Positions 1 to 12,400 of a stretch of DNA of 64,000 bases are shown in pieces; within the stretch, counting starts at the first letter, position 1; every line of letters starts with the position of its first letter. The stretch is taken from positions 15,614,722 through 15,678,721 of the forward strand of contig OZ037766.1 in NCBI GenBank assembly GCA_964035545.1, in the 5' to 3' direction. Source of the stretch: Bugula neritina (lineage: Eukaryota > Animalia > Bryozoa). Under the pieces are notes generated by a model. That model did no database searches, was not told where the DNA came from, and saw only the letters and a list, made by a program, of their open reading frames with translations. The translations under genes and the position numbers were made by a program.

Positions 1-60
1 TTACAACTACAATTATACATTATCATACATCAATTACAAATTACAATTACCCCAACCCTG
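1..60. mobile_element. Right end of a hAT-type MITE (same family as 29735-30204), truncated by the window edge
   Basis: AATTAC-rich repeats ending ...caattaccccaaccctg, whose last 11 nt are the reverse complement of the CAGGGTTGGGG left TIR at 29735. Confidence 0.75.
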
Positions 61-460
61 TTTATAAGCAGGATGACATAATTGAAATATTTTTCAAATT
101 CTTAAAACTAGCTGTAAGATGGCATATGAGCATCAACCATGTTCGAGTATTTCCCACATGAGCTTCTTTCAAACATAATGTCTGATTAGTTATAGTAAAC
201 TATAAACTTTATAGTAAACAAAGTTTTGAGCTTTAACCCTGTAAGAGTTTGCAATGCAATTATTATGTTTACTATTTGGAGACTTGAAAGATAAAATCCT
301 TTGTGGACCAGGACACATTATTTAACAAGAGGTTACTGACATGCAATGTTAGCTATCTACGTAATTCCTTATCAGTATAAAAACATAAGTCTAGTGATGT
401 CATAGAATGTGAAATAATAAAATCACTCACAATGAGAAGCATGCCAACAGGAAGCAATAA
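60..460 (+). repeat. Diverged direct repeat, copy A (copy B at ~4855-5250)
   Basis: Collinear similarity. The core 296-387 matches 5070-5161 with about 5 mismatches in 92 nt (manual count). Confidence 0.85.
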
Positions 461-1064
461 CTGTAATAACATGATAAGTGGCACTCAAAATGATTGTAAC
501 ATCAGTTGCTGTCACCTCTACTATACAATATATTATAATGTTAGTCATATCATGTCATGTGCATTTTATTTAGATATATAATTAGACAAATATCTGTCTA
601 CATGCAATGAACTGGCTATTATTTTGTTTATTTGTTACGTTTACCATTTAGACAGTTTCATCATCAGGATAAGAACTGATTACTCTACCCCAGTGACATC
701 AATTGAAACAATCCAGTCAAAATATTAGTGTCATGATATTGACCTGATCTCTAATCATCATGGACTGTTGGTATGACACACATGCATACTAATAAACTTT
801 GCTTCAGTTTGCCACATGTAATAACATGTTGTAACACCAACACAACATTATTGCTCTTGTAAAATGTTGATTCTTTAAACACTCATCAGTTGGCAGAGGA
901 TATGATCAGTTAAACACAATGCTTCAGCATGATGTAATAATATCTGTAAACAATATTTTATATTGAGAAAAATTATCTTCTGCAAGTTTTAATACAATTA
1001 CTAATTTAACTTCAAAATCTTATATTGCATATTTAGCAAATATCTAATTAATATCAAGTGTATT

Positions 1065-1264
<200 letters not shown>

Positions 1265-1774
1265 GAAATTATATGCTATCTACACTTGCAATATCAACAT
1301 ATAAAATGGCAATATATGAAATATCAATTATACAACAGTAATCTGTATAATAGCAAAACGTGTAACAAAAACATATTCCATAACTACATATTATAACATA
1401 GTATAACCAAATATATAACAGACACCTTATAATAGCTATAGCCCTGCAGTCTTTAAATATAAAAAGAACCAACTAGTTTTGGTACCAAAACATCCTTCTA
1501 CCAGCCTAAACGAATCTCTTGCTAAATTGACTATAGTTTTTGGAGCAGGAATTAAGTTGAAAATATGTAACACATAAACAAATTACAATCAAAACATGAT
1601 GAATAATTTTAAAGCAATGGAACTCAAAATAAATGCTGACAGAAATGGAGCAACTCTGTTGGTACTTGAGTAATGTGCCCACACAACTGATTACAAATTA
1701 TTGCAACACAACCATATGTCGTTGGTTCCTGGTTTTGATAGACAACATAGCTTGAACTTTGACACTTATTCTGG

Positions 1775-1856
1775 TATATAAGTTAGCTGAGTGGACTATT
1801 GAGGTTATTCCAAACCAACAAGTCTGCAAAAACCTTCTACCAACAAAAAATCTAAT
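1775..1856 (+). promoter_or_regulatory. Putative TATA box and non-coding first exon of the chitin-binding protein gene
   Basis: TATATAAG at 1775, Inr-like TTATTC about 30 nt downstream, donor GTAAGT at 1857, and acceptor ttttag at 2082, 12 nt before the ATG. Confidence 0.5.
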
Positions 1857-2094
1857 GTAAGTACATATAGAATATTCTCACATTATGAATTAAGTTGAAA
1901 CTATCACTATATATACTCTGCTATAAATACAGGGTATTTTAAGTGCAAAGTTCCGTGCAATTAAAAAGAATCAGCTAAATATTTCTAGATTAAACTTGTC
2001 TTGTTGAAGCTAAATTTTAATTGATTTTGTGCATTCAAAATAAAATTTGTATTATTGTCACAAAATGGTGATATTATTTTAGAATTTAATCAAC

Positions 2095-3579
2095 ATGATG
2101 CAAACTAAAGTCAGCGCTATATTTTCATTGGTGACAATAGCTGTGGTTTCAGCCAGCTATATTGGACCTCATCCAACAACTACTACTCAACCACCCTACC
2201 AACCAACAACACCTGGGCATATTGTTGGTGAGTTACCATTTGTGTTATATTTGATTCAAAAATTTTAATTTCATTATTTTAGCTTTAAACTGATGAATAT
2301 TTTTCCAACAACTGTTTTAAGTTGAAAATTCAATGAAAACTTAGAGTTCAGAAGTAAAAGGTAAGATACTTTATTGTGCTAGGATTATTGTAAATTGATT
2401 TTCAGCCGTTTCATGATATGTCACTAATATAGTTTATGTTTATAATTACTTTCGGGCCAATAATTCACCAAGTTAAATTTTTCTGGCCAGCGTTTGAAGA
2501 AGCAAAGCTCTCTATAATAATTATTGCACGAGTTTCTCTGAACATTGTTATAGTAAAAAAAGTTGGTAATGTGATTTGCAAAAATATGTCTAACCTTGTG
2601 TGCAGTTCTTGCAAAACAAAAAGTATCATGACTCATATGTTTAAAGAAAAAAGCATTTGACAACTTTTTGATAATATTGTAATTGATGATATTAAAAAGT
2701 CATCTAATGTTTTTTGGTAACTATGAATTAGTTACGCAACAGTAAAATAAATCAAGCATCAATCCTTATATTTATTCATTGTGAGTACACAGCGCAACAA
2801 CTCTAAACATAATATATAACCTTATAGTAGGCCTATTCACTTTTTGTTACAACTGAAAGTTTACTAATTAGTCCCTTTGAAACAAATGCATTGTCATTTG
2901 ATATTTTTCTATTTCAGTTGATGACTGCACCTGCTTTGAGAAGGGTAACTACTACTCCCCAGTATCAAGTGATGATTGTAGAAGTTTCACTCAGCGAACT
3001 GCTTTCCTCCCAGCTGAAACTCTAAAATGTCCATATGGTCTACAGTTTGATGTGAAAACTTGTGTCTGTAATTTTCCTACGGATACTGTCTGTCCACAAT
3101 ACTGCCCTGCACCCTATACTCCAACTCCTAACCCTAGGCGTAAGTATACATGGAAATTACATGTCAGAATTTTTTATTCTACGCTATTATAATAATTAGA
3201 GAAACACCAAATCAATCTTATATAGCTTGGTTGACCTGCTATATAAAAAAATCTTATAGAATCAAAATAACAGATTAATTTGCAGAGAAATTGTTTTGAA
3301 TTAGTGAAAACAGTATTTGGTCTCATACAAAAGTGAAGATTGGAGCATTTTAAAATCTGAGCACAATTTAGTAAGTTCCATACAATATTCTGTATATTTA
3401 CAGCAGGCTGCACAGAAAACGGTAACACGTACAGACAAGTACCTGGTACACACTGTCAGAAATTTACTCAAGAGACAGCTACACTTCCTCCACAAGCTCA
3501 CTCCTGTCCTTATGGACTCAAGTTTGACTTAGACACATGCGTCTGCAACTTCCCAGCCCTCACAACTTGCACTGTATAA
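2095..3579 (+). CDS. Secreted ~176-aa protein with two chitin-binding type-2 (CBM14/peritrophin-A)-like domains. Exons 2095-2227, 2918-3139, 3404-3579
   Basis: Signal peptide MMQTKVSAIFSLVTIAVVSA, a P/T-rich linker, and two repeats of C..F(T)Q...CPYGL.FD..TCVCNFP...C. Introns are phase-1 GT-AG, stop TAA is at 3577-3579 and AATAAA is at 3734. Confidence 0.85.
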
Positions 3580-4854
3580 ACTCAATGTAATAACATATTG
3601 TCAACTCTATTGGCACAATCTTTAGAATTGCAAAAATCTGCACTCAATCACTCAACTGCCATTTTACTCACTATATTATTATCTTTTTTCTGTAGTTGAA
3701 TGAAACAGTTTTTATTTCTCAATCTCAACAACCAATAAAGTTATATAAACACGCAACCACTAAAGGTTTGACAGAAGCTCTTTAGATAATTATCTATATG
3801 TAAACTTAGTGTAGCATAATCTGCACTATACTTAACATGAAAATAAGAAATATTAATATAATTAGAAATATCTGGGTTATGGAATATATTTTCGCATGAT
3901 GACGTATAGTGTGAGTATGAATTCATGAGATGTCAGAACACAGGTATTATAGGGAGCATTATTTGGGCACAAAAATTATTATTATGTAGCTAAATTTTAC
4001 ATCCCTATCACAAATATAACAGCCATAACATATGTTGAAACCTCTTGCCTATTATTTATAGATTAATACAAAGTTATGGGAAAAACATTGTAATGTAAAA
4101 CACTTCAACTCAAACTTAGCATATAAGACAATTTGCTAGCTTTTGCAAAGGTAATAATGCAAACCACTTTGATTGAAATATTTGCCTTTTACTGTTATCT
4201 GACTTATATTGTAAATGTATATTTCTGAAACTGGGTTGTTATATAATTACTAATCGCTATCTGTAATTATTTATGGTCCCTGTAATCAGCCTTATAGATT
4301 AGAGCCTAGCTATTACAAAGCTCATATGTCAACATTAAATTTTCGAAATGAATAACAATTTGGTCACTAAATCTATTTTTGTCTGTTTTATGACACATCA
4401 ATCATTCATTATTTTGAATTTTTTTAAATCATATAAGATAATAACAATTCTAGAGCAAATATCGGTCTGCAGTATCTTTATATATTTGAACATTTGAGGC
4501 AGCTCATGAAATCACCATATAATATGAACTAATACCCTGAAGCAAATGTCTTGTGCAAAGTATGAACAGCAATCAACTTCGAGTTTCCTTATCATACAAA
4601 ATACAACTTTATTACATAATTATTATATCAGTATAAAAAACAATTATTGCTTTTTTATGCAGAAAATAATTATTATAAAAAACATGAAAATGTTGAATAT
4701 ACCAAGCAATAAACATACTCTACAAAAATGATATCAATTACATGTATTTATATATTATTGCATAGGTTGAGAGTATTTAGTATTGGTATAAATTTAAAAT
4801 TCATGTTGCCAAACAGCTACAGTTTAAACTTATATATAGTTCTTAAGGAAGCCA

Positions 4855-5250
4855 ATTATAAGCAGCATGCAGTGTTGGAATATTTTTTCAAATATTTAGA
4901 ACTATAATTAATATAGCATATGAGCATCAACCAAAGTTGTGTATTTGACATATACATGTTTTCAGCATATGTCTGAGTCATTATTTGTCAAACAAAACAT
5001 TGAGCTGTAACTCTGTAGGAGTTTGCAATGCAACTATTGCTTTTACAATTTGGAGATTTCAAAAATGACATCCTTTGTGGACCAGGACACATTATTTAGC
5101 AAGAGGTTACTGACACGCACTGTGTGCTATCTACGTAATTCCTTATCAGTATAAAAACATATATGCCTAATGATATCATAGAATGTGAAATTATAAAAAA
5201 CACTCACAATTTGCAGTTTGCCAAAGGGGAGAAGCAATAACTGTAATCTG
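4855..5250 (+). repeat. Diverged direct repeat, copy B (copy A at ~60-460)
   Basis: Shares gcatatgagcatcaacca, gagtttgcaatgcaa and cctttgtggaccaggacacattattta...cgtaattccttatcagtataaaaacata with 60-460. Confidence 0.85.
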
Positions 5251-5644
5251 ACGTGACACATGTGACTCAAACTCAAACTTGAAATCTAACATTAGCTTTT
5301 ATCAGTTGCAACTTGCATTATACATTATACTATAATATTACCAATAACTGCAAATACAGCAATACCTGTCATGATCTCTGCTCTAGGAATCATGACAGTC
5401 TTATTTCTAAATGACCATTAAACTATTGTATGAAACAACGTAATGTATCTATGAATTGGGTGGTCTTCGAAACAGATTAATTGGGAAACAAGTCATAGAA
5501 GGGTGGGTGCTTTTAAAGTAGTGTACATCAGGATTTAAAACAAATTAATTTGCATATCGTAGTAGTTTTGTGGGTTATAGAATGAAATCAGGCAGAGATG
5601 AACATAACTCCTTGTTATAGAAGAGACAAGAGAGAGTGTTGAAT

Positions 5645-5753
5645 ACACACACGCACACGCACACGCACACGCACACGCACACGCACACGCACACGCACAC
5701 GCACACGCACACACACACACACACAATTATACAATTATACAATTATACAATTA
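5645..5753. repeat. (CACGCA)n/(CA)n microsatellite followed by (CAATTATA)n
   Basis: Visible tandem repeats; explains the spurious CACA ORF 5535-5726. Confidence 0.97.
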
Positions 5754-6999
5754 TTTACTACATATTTCAAAAATAGCATAAACTAAGTAGTATTACTACG
5801 CCTATTTGCATCCAATTTACTAATCTTACATTTATAACAACTGTAATGTATTTTGTGTAAAATGGCTCTTGCAAGCATTATTCAATTCATATTCACATTG
5901 TAATCACAGCGAAGCCCAAACTTTATAGCTTTGTATTTACGTACACGAGTGAGTTTTAAAATTCTTTTAAATTTTATATGCATAAAAAATGTGTTTAAAA
6001 ATTTTACCAATAAACAAAACTAAAAAATGTACCTATAAAATAAAAAGAACTAATAAAATAACAAAAGTGGCAAAATTTTCCCTTTATAACTTATATAAAC
6101 TCGCAGTACTCATCGCGGCATAATAACTTTTTATACTTTAAAGTCGCCACTCCTGATATATATTCCACTCTGTGAATATCTACCACTGAGCTGGAAAAGA
6201 TATTATTGAGTTCGATGATATCTACTATCTCTGACTACACCTCACCGCTATTTCTCATGTTAATTCTAGAAGTTTTTGGCAAGGGTCAATACCGAGGCTG
6301 AAAAAAGCGCTTCCACTCAAACCCTTTCTACTTGTTGAAAACGAAAGTAATCTAAAAACTCGCCAAATAAAAATGGTAAACCATAAAATTAAATGTAATA
6401 CTTGTACTAGCAAGTAATACCAGTGTGCCACCTACCCCTTTAGTAAACTATTAGCTATCCGCGATCAAATACGTATTAAATGTATAATTGTAAATTGAAG
6501 AAACATAGAGAATGTTTAAAACTAGGGCTTTCTGAACTGGAAGAGTGTACCGAAGGCGAATGAAACTCCCATATCAATTATCACTGACTTGAGTTTGATT
6601 ACCTCAAATTACCTCTAATGAGGTAGAACTTCCTTGCAATCTGTGTTTGGATCTAATGAGAAGCCTCTATTTAGACACATTGTTTAAAGAGTTTGAGTTT
6701 ATATATTGCTAACAGCATAGTACTGTTTACTTTTAGTTTTAGTTTAAGTTTTAGTGTCTCGGTTGGAGGTAGGTGCAGTAATGGAGAAATTGAGAATTGG
6801 TGAATAAGTTTTATCTTACGAATTGATCGTGTTAGACTTAGTGTGTTTCAATTGATTAGTTTAAGATTCTCGTGCCACGAATTGTCTGTGGTAAAAAGCT
6901 GTCATAGTAAAGTTTGTAAAAATGAATTTGAATGTCCTTTAGGCTTTAGCTGCTGCTCGTGTACACGACTTTGAGTGAATCAAAATCACTTTATTATAA

Positions 7000-8225
7000 T
7001 GATAATAATATCATTGTGATTGTGATATTAATTGACTGTTGAATGTCATTTTGATCTCAATATGAATACCATCGACATTATCAACATGAATATAAATTAC
7101 TACCAGTACGCGGCACTGGTAGTCGTAGAGTTGATCTAAATACTTAGACTAAGTGACTTCTAGTCTTACATATTGGTAAAGTTATTCCTGTGGTAGTACT
7201 AGTACTCCAGTTGTGCTTTATACTTGAATTTATGTTTTTTCGTGATACTGAAAGCGATGGTCTTGTTCATATTGAATTTGATATTCATAGTCATAGTAAT
7301 AGTGAATCATACTCATACTCGGTGAATGTGACACTGATTACTGATACCGATAGTAATCAAAGTAATAATGTTCATTTAATTTTATATAATTATATTTATT
7401 TTCATTCAGCTTCACTCATAGTCAATGAGTTTTATAGGGGTATTTACTGTTACACGTACTGCCTTACTGCTAGTTATACTCAAGTATGGCTGTCGATGTC
7501 AGTGTAACTCTAAGATTTTCTACTTACATTTTAATTTAGTTCTTTGCTTACTTAATGATGAAGTGTAAGTACTTGTAAAAACAGTAATCACTACTACTAT
7601 TATTGCTATCACCGTTACCACCGCCACCATTACCACTACCAGTACCACTACCAGTACTACTACTACCTGTACTACTACCGGTACTACCAGTACTACTACT
7701 AGTACCAGCACTGCTACCGCTACCACTGCTACCACTATTGCTAATACTACTATTAGTCTATTACTAATACTATTACTACTAATATTACTACTAGTAATGC
7801 TACTGCTACTAATGCTACTGATACTAATACTACTGCTACAGTACTGATACAGTACTACTACAGTACTAGTAGTAGTGAGTACTGTGTTTACAAGTACATA
7901 CTCATAATCATTATCATTTTACTTATACTGTTTCAATCACCGTATTAGTAATATTTAAGTATAATACAAGTGAAAGTAATAGTGATACTAGTACTAATAG
8001 TAATAATGTTATCTTTGGTGTTAGTATTATACTAATAGTGATTAACACATTTTTATTATGATTATCATAATCAGAGATCGGTGGTTATCATTATTTCTAT
8101 CATTATCATTATGATTTAACTACATAAAATAAAATTGGCATTATCATTATAATTTTTGAATTGGGATTATAAATACAGTATGACTATTGCTATTACACTA
8201 TTACTATTATTATTATTATTATGTT
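7000..8225. repeat. Degenerate tri/hexanucleotide low-complexity tract with a (TAC/ACT)n core at ~7590-7880
   Basis: Visible 3- and 6-nt periodicity; explains the spurious V-rich and S/T-rich ORFs. Confidence 0.8.
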
Positions 8226-9413
8226 TAATATCAAAGATTTACATTATTTGAATTTAATGTCGCCAAGACTAACTGCATGAGTTGCTCTCTTTGGAGGCAT
8301 GCTTAGAGCTAGGTCAACAAGAAATGGATAACTGTCACATACCTATCTGATCATCAGAATGTCGACAAACTACTTAAGAACCATAAGGGTGTACTTAAAG
8401 GCATTGGTTACTTGCCTAGAAAATAGCGCAGTGGAATTTATCTCACCGCTCTGCTTACATAATGTTGCACTCAGTAAGTAGCTCTATCTATGCTAGATGA
8501 TTTCAAACTCAATTTGCTTGCAAGCCTCCACTGCCTAATGCAACCAGGCAAACCAGTAGCATATGCATAAATAAGTATGGACTTGAAAAGAACAGCGCAC
8601 CAGTAGAATTAGAGCTAGTAGTCATGATTTCGACATGAGAAAATTTGACCAGTATGTGTTTAGAAATTCTAATGCAATTCAACAGATTACAACGGATATG
8701 CTATCTTTTACATCTACTGTAAGTTTAAAATGATGTGAGGTTCTAACTTGGTCTGCCATCATCACATACTCAAAAAACAGCAAGCAATATAAAAAAATAA
8801 TTACAAAAAGTTAGCTAAATATCACATAATTTTTCCTATTGGTTCAGCTGTGATTATCCAGAACACAGTGAACATAAAGAAAGATCGAGCCAATGTAAAG
8901 TCACAGTCCTACCCATAAGTTAAATTACTCAAACTGCATGTGTTTTTTATATCATCCGAACACTTTTGGAGTTTTAAAGCTAAAGGTTTAAAATGAAATT
9001 CACCAAAATGTATGTAGAATAAAAATTTTAAAGTAAACGAAAATTGAGTTTATTTTCGCTTTCACTATCGATTTAAGGAACCCTTATTTTAATTTGTTTT
9101 GTTTAAACCCATTTACTTGATGTACAATTTATGAATGTTTAAAGCAGCCAAGTTACTCAGAGTTTGTGTTTCACCATATGGCATATTCCTATCAACTTCT
9201 AGTGACACTTAATGTTTCAATCATATATCCACTATACTTGCTAAGTTTTAACCATTTGATTATTAAATGTTTTAGAACTATTTTAAAGTCATATAATTAT
9301 GTCTAAGAAAATGCTGATTTTCTTTTATAATTATTTCTAATGCAGGCAGTTTTACCTTAAAAGTTATTGTTTATAATTCATAGGTCTACTTGTGAATTCA
9401 CTGATTATGCGAC

Positions 9414-12400
9414 ATGATGAAGCCAGTTGACTTGACTTTTGGATCTTTGATTGAATATCTGTCAAAAAAATTTAATTTTAATTTCAACAGGAACCATTAT
9501 TTAACAATCTCAAGCTTGCCTATTTGCATAGTACTTTGGTTACTTCGAAAATATAGAAATAAGCGGAGAAAGCAATCTCTAGACTGCTTACGAGATGAAT
9601 TCAGTTCTAAACTTTATTCTCAACGGGTGCAAGTTCAAACTGTGTGTCAGTTGAAGGTTTGTTTATTTTATACCAAAGTTGATATACTATTATATTGAAA
9701 TAGATTTTGATTTGATATTTTCTTGCTTTTACACATATGCACTAATTTTAGAAAACAGCAGCATAATTTAGTTTTTATTTGCTATTTTACATGGTTTAGA
9801 TAGTTTATGAAAGAACTCATATAGTAACAGTCAAAGTATTTACTCAGACGAATGTAAAGTTTTAGTCCAATGTTGCTGTTTCAGATTTCAGAAGAAAGAG
9901 CTAAAGAAATAACTTCACTTTCATTCACAGAGTTACAATCAAAGCTACAGAAACGAGAACTTTTTTGCATTGAAGTCTTATATGCCTATCAGAGAGTTGC
10001 TTTCACTGAAAATGTACAGCTGAATTTTATCGTTCAGCCAGTCTTGGAGGCCGAGGTAAAAATTCTATTCAATGTGCCTATTTTTTGCCTATAGTAGCCA
10101 TGTTTATCAAAAATATTATAATGCTACTAAATAGTTATTTCTGTTTCATGTCTAGGAAATAGCCCGAAGACTGGATGGATTACCAGCTAGTGAAAAAGAC
10201 AAGTTACCCTTGTTTGGCATTCCATTTTCTCTAAAAGAAAATTTCAGGATTTCTGGCTATCAATGTACTGCAGGTGCATCTAAGCTGATAAGCAATTTGA
10301 GTGCTGATACATGCTCATCTGTGCAAGTATGTTTAGTTTTACCAATGTTGGTTTTCAACTGTAAGAGTAAATTTTAATTATATTTTCTTTGCAAATATAA
10401 TTACTTTTAGATTTTGAGAAAAAATTATGAGTACCTCGTGCATTATTTATAATAAATCGGAATCGAGTTGCCTTTACAAAAATTATATGAGCATTTTTCT
10501 CGGTTGACTAAAAGCAAATCGCAGAAGAAGCAAAAGAAGCACAAGTACACAACATAATTATCAACTCAGCTATAGTTGTTTTAATCAATAGCCAGCACAT
10601 ACACCTAGTATCTAAAGTTCAAATAAGAAATTATTTATTTGATGTTGATAGATTGCGCTAACTTTAATAATTTTATTGTTATATACATGTCAATTTGCAC
10701 CAATTATTTAATAGATATAAATGTACTAGGGCCTTTAGATCAGCTTACCATTAAATACCAATAAATGAGTAAATGTTTTTTTTGTTAGCATTATTATATT
10801 ATAGTTTTTATTACAGTTTTAGTAACAAAAATATTATTGTTGAATATGTTTAATTTCCAGCCGTTATTTTGGTTTGTATTAGACCTTTGAAACTGATACT
10901 TGTTTGTTTTGATGTATTTCTTATCTTCTAGACACTAATAGATGCCGGAGCTGTGCCTTTTATTAAGACTAATCTTCCACAAACAATGATGTCTCTGGGA
11001 GCTCATAACCCCATATACGGCCAAACAAGGAACCCTCTAGATCTGGCACGTTCTCCTGGTGGGTCTTCTGCTGGAGAAGGAGCTGCTGTAGGATCTGGAT
11101 CTTCAATTATTGGACTTGGTTCTGACATAGGTGAATGCATAATTATGCTCATTGCATAAATGTCACATTGATCAGTTGTAAAGCTAACTGCCTCTCACTA
11201 AATGCTTTTAGGCCCAATAATAGATAAAATTCAATGACCTCAATTTTTTAATGTTTTCATAGATTTTGTTTTGGGGCGAAGAGTTGAAATTCTTGAGAGA
11301 ATATAATTTACTTTGCTAATTTTTTTTTATCTAGAACGCAGGCTTTGTCCAATTTCTTCATTACTGCACTTACTTCTCTAAATCATTTAAGTGCAGTAGT
11401 GGAAAAATTTAAATAGTCTGCATTATTTAATATTTTTAGTTGTTTAAATTGAAGTTCAAGCAATAGATTGTGCATAATTTTGTTACTTCTGGGATGTTAT
11501 ATCAATGCTAAAACCTTGATGGCAAAGTTGAACTTCTGTTTTGTGTATGTTGATAACATATTTATATGTGATTTACCACATGCAAGACAAATGTACTTTA
11601 TATTTATGTACCAAAAAGCTAAACAGGTATGATAGTTATTTACAAGAAGTTCATGTTTTGGTTGGTGGTGTATCAAATTTTATTCATGAGTGTTGATTCA
11701 GCTAAAGGGAAATATTTAATGTTATTGCAACTAAATCCTGTTTCAAATTTTATTTTGAAAAATACGAGGTACTTAAGAGTATATATTGCAGTTTTACGTT
11801 TTGTAGAAACACAAAGGCCGTCAATTTCAAATTGCTAAAGAGATCAAACAAGTTATATTCCTGAAAATATTAGCATTTTCTTTTTTCACCACCCTCAAAA
11901 ATGTAGCAAATGGCAGAATTATTTCTTCACCTTTTAAAACATCAAGGCTGGTGAAGCTTATTTGTAGGGAACATCACGAGTTGTTGTGTCTTTATTAGAA
12001 GGAGGGCATTGGAGTCTGATATTATGCTATTCCATCACTTCTTCAGGCACACAAAATAAAGTTGTATCTATGAAAATATAACTAGAGGTGATTACAACTC
12101 GACATGCTTTGCACCATGTAATGCATCAATCGGTTTGCTTTTTTTCATGTATCAATTTTGCTTCTGATTTCAGGTGGCAGCGTTCGTGTGCCAGCAGCCT
12201 GGTGTGGAGTCACTGCATTGAAACCCTCAACCAATCGTTTTTCTACTCGGTTCATGACCAGCATAGGATGTGGACAGACACTAGGTACTTACTTCTCTAC
12301 ATAGTCTGAATCTGTTAAATACATGCTCAGTTGTTGATGCCTAGTTGAATGGAACTTTGCAGATTTTATGGATATATTTTGTTGGTTGCAGTGAGAGGAG

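Noticed and set aside
7190-7735. 105-aa and 71-aa ORFs (S/T/V-rich)
   Set aside because: They come from low-complexity TAC/hexamer repeats, with no splice or domain support.
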